A stretch of 63,570 bases of DNA, counting the filler, from Octopus bimaculoides (Eukaryota): the NCBI RefSeq assembly GCF_001194135.2. It is 6 parts of 6 records of this genome, joined end to end, with 100 filler letters (N's around TTAATTAATTAA, not from the genome) between each part and the next. Parts side by side here need not be neighbours in the genome. Positions count along the whole stretch, not along the records: positions 62,429 to 63,570 come from NW_026378206.1; 5 more parts are not named here. One strand, given 5' to 3'. The notes under the pieces were generated by a model that did no database searches, had not been told where the DNA came from, and worked only from the letters and a program-made list of their open reading frames with translations. Every line of letters begins with the position of its first letter. Positions within the stretch are counted from its first letter, which is position 1. This document shows positions 62,329 to 63,570 of this stretch, piece after piece. The position numbers and the translations under genes were made by a program.

Positions 62329-62856
62329 NNNNNNNNNNNNNNNNNNNNNNNNNNNNNNNNNNNNNNNNNNNNTTAATTAATTAANNNNNNNNNNNNNNNN
62401 NNNNNNNNNNNNNNNNNNNNNNNNNNNNTATATATATATATATATATATATATATCTGCAATGAAAAGTTTTGAGGAAGACTTCGTTGCTACTTTTAGCA
62501 TTCAGAGTGACTTCATAGTGGAGACTTCATTTCCTTCTCGTCCGATAGTGCATACGTGCTTGCGTGTGGTCGCGTTAATGCGGATTTGATTTCATTCACA
62601 CCCACTGCTAGTTGAATAAGTATTAGCAATATAAGTGATTACATCATACCAATAACTGGTATATAATTTACAGTGAACATAAATAGAATTTATTCAATGT
62701 TAACGGTAACACAGGGATTACAGAAAGGAGAAGAAACGTTAAAATGGACTTTTAAAAAAAAATAACGTGCAATGTAATTTGTTGCTTATAGGGTGTAAAA
62801 TTTTGTCTCGTATGAAATACAAACCATAACACTATCCCTCTTTTCTCTTTCGCTCC

Positions 62857-62857
<1 letters not shown>

Positions 62858-62923
<66 letters not shown>

Positions 62924-62928
62924 ATCTG

Positions 62929-62991
<63 letters not shown>

Positions 62992-63040
62992 ATATAATTA
63001 TTCATCTGTCTATCTATCAATCTATCCATCTCTCTCTCAC

Positions 63041-63073
<33 letters not shown>

Positions 63074-63075
63074 GA

Positions 63076-63125
<50 letters not shown>

Positions 63126-63140
63126 TTATCTGTCTGTCTG
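62858..63140. repeat. (CTAT)n / (TA)n compound microsatellite
   Basis: Long TATC and TA runs. Confidence 0.9.
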
Positions 63141-63311
63141 TCTATCTATCTCTCTATCTATATATATTCTATATGTATATATATGTATATATATATTTAT
63201 ATATGTGTACATATATATATATTTATATACATGTATATGTTTGTATATATGTGTGTGTGTCTCTCTCTCTATATAAATTCATATATATATATATATATAT
63301 ACATACATATG

Positions 63312-63370
<59 letters not shown>

Positions 63371-63570
63371 TGTATATATATATGTGTGATATATGTGCGT
63401 GTATACGTATGTATATCTGGTGTGTGGTGTATGTGTGTGTGTGTGTGAGTGAGTGAATTAACTGTCCATCAGAGATGTAAGCATAAATATGCTTGACATA
63501 CATTATAAACAGTAAACCAATTTTAATACTTCGGTCTTCTCTGTCATCACACAAACACACACACACACAC

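Overview
This is an AT-rich, microsatellite-saturated animal draft-assembly region with many N gaps. The SINE, LINE and microsatellite make-up suggests an octopus genome (inference, not verified). No complete host gene is recognisable, and most entries in the ORF track are translations of microsatellites or gaps. Identifiable content is decayed mobile DNA: CR1-type, RTE and L1/Tx1-type LINEs, Penelope-like (PLE) RT and GIY-YIG remnants, a Tc1 transposase pseudogene, tRNA-derived SINEs and fold-back/MITE-like elements. The highlight is a nested cluster at 34.3-40.5 kb. A Tx1-type LINE and a distinct ORF1-only (half-L1-like) element sit head-to-tail and share the same ~70 bp 3' end. They are separated and flanked by three exact copies of a 16-mer (TTTCCCTTTGTGCATG), which indicates two insertions at the same nick. 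The target lies inside a PLE terminal region about 22 nt upstream of a type I hammerhead ribozyme motif. The same 3' tail recurs on a CORE-type SINE at 59.6 kb. Three minimal type I hammerhead motifs were found by eye (14574, 40404, 43088), all in PLE-like context.
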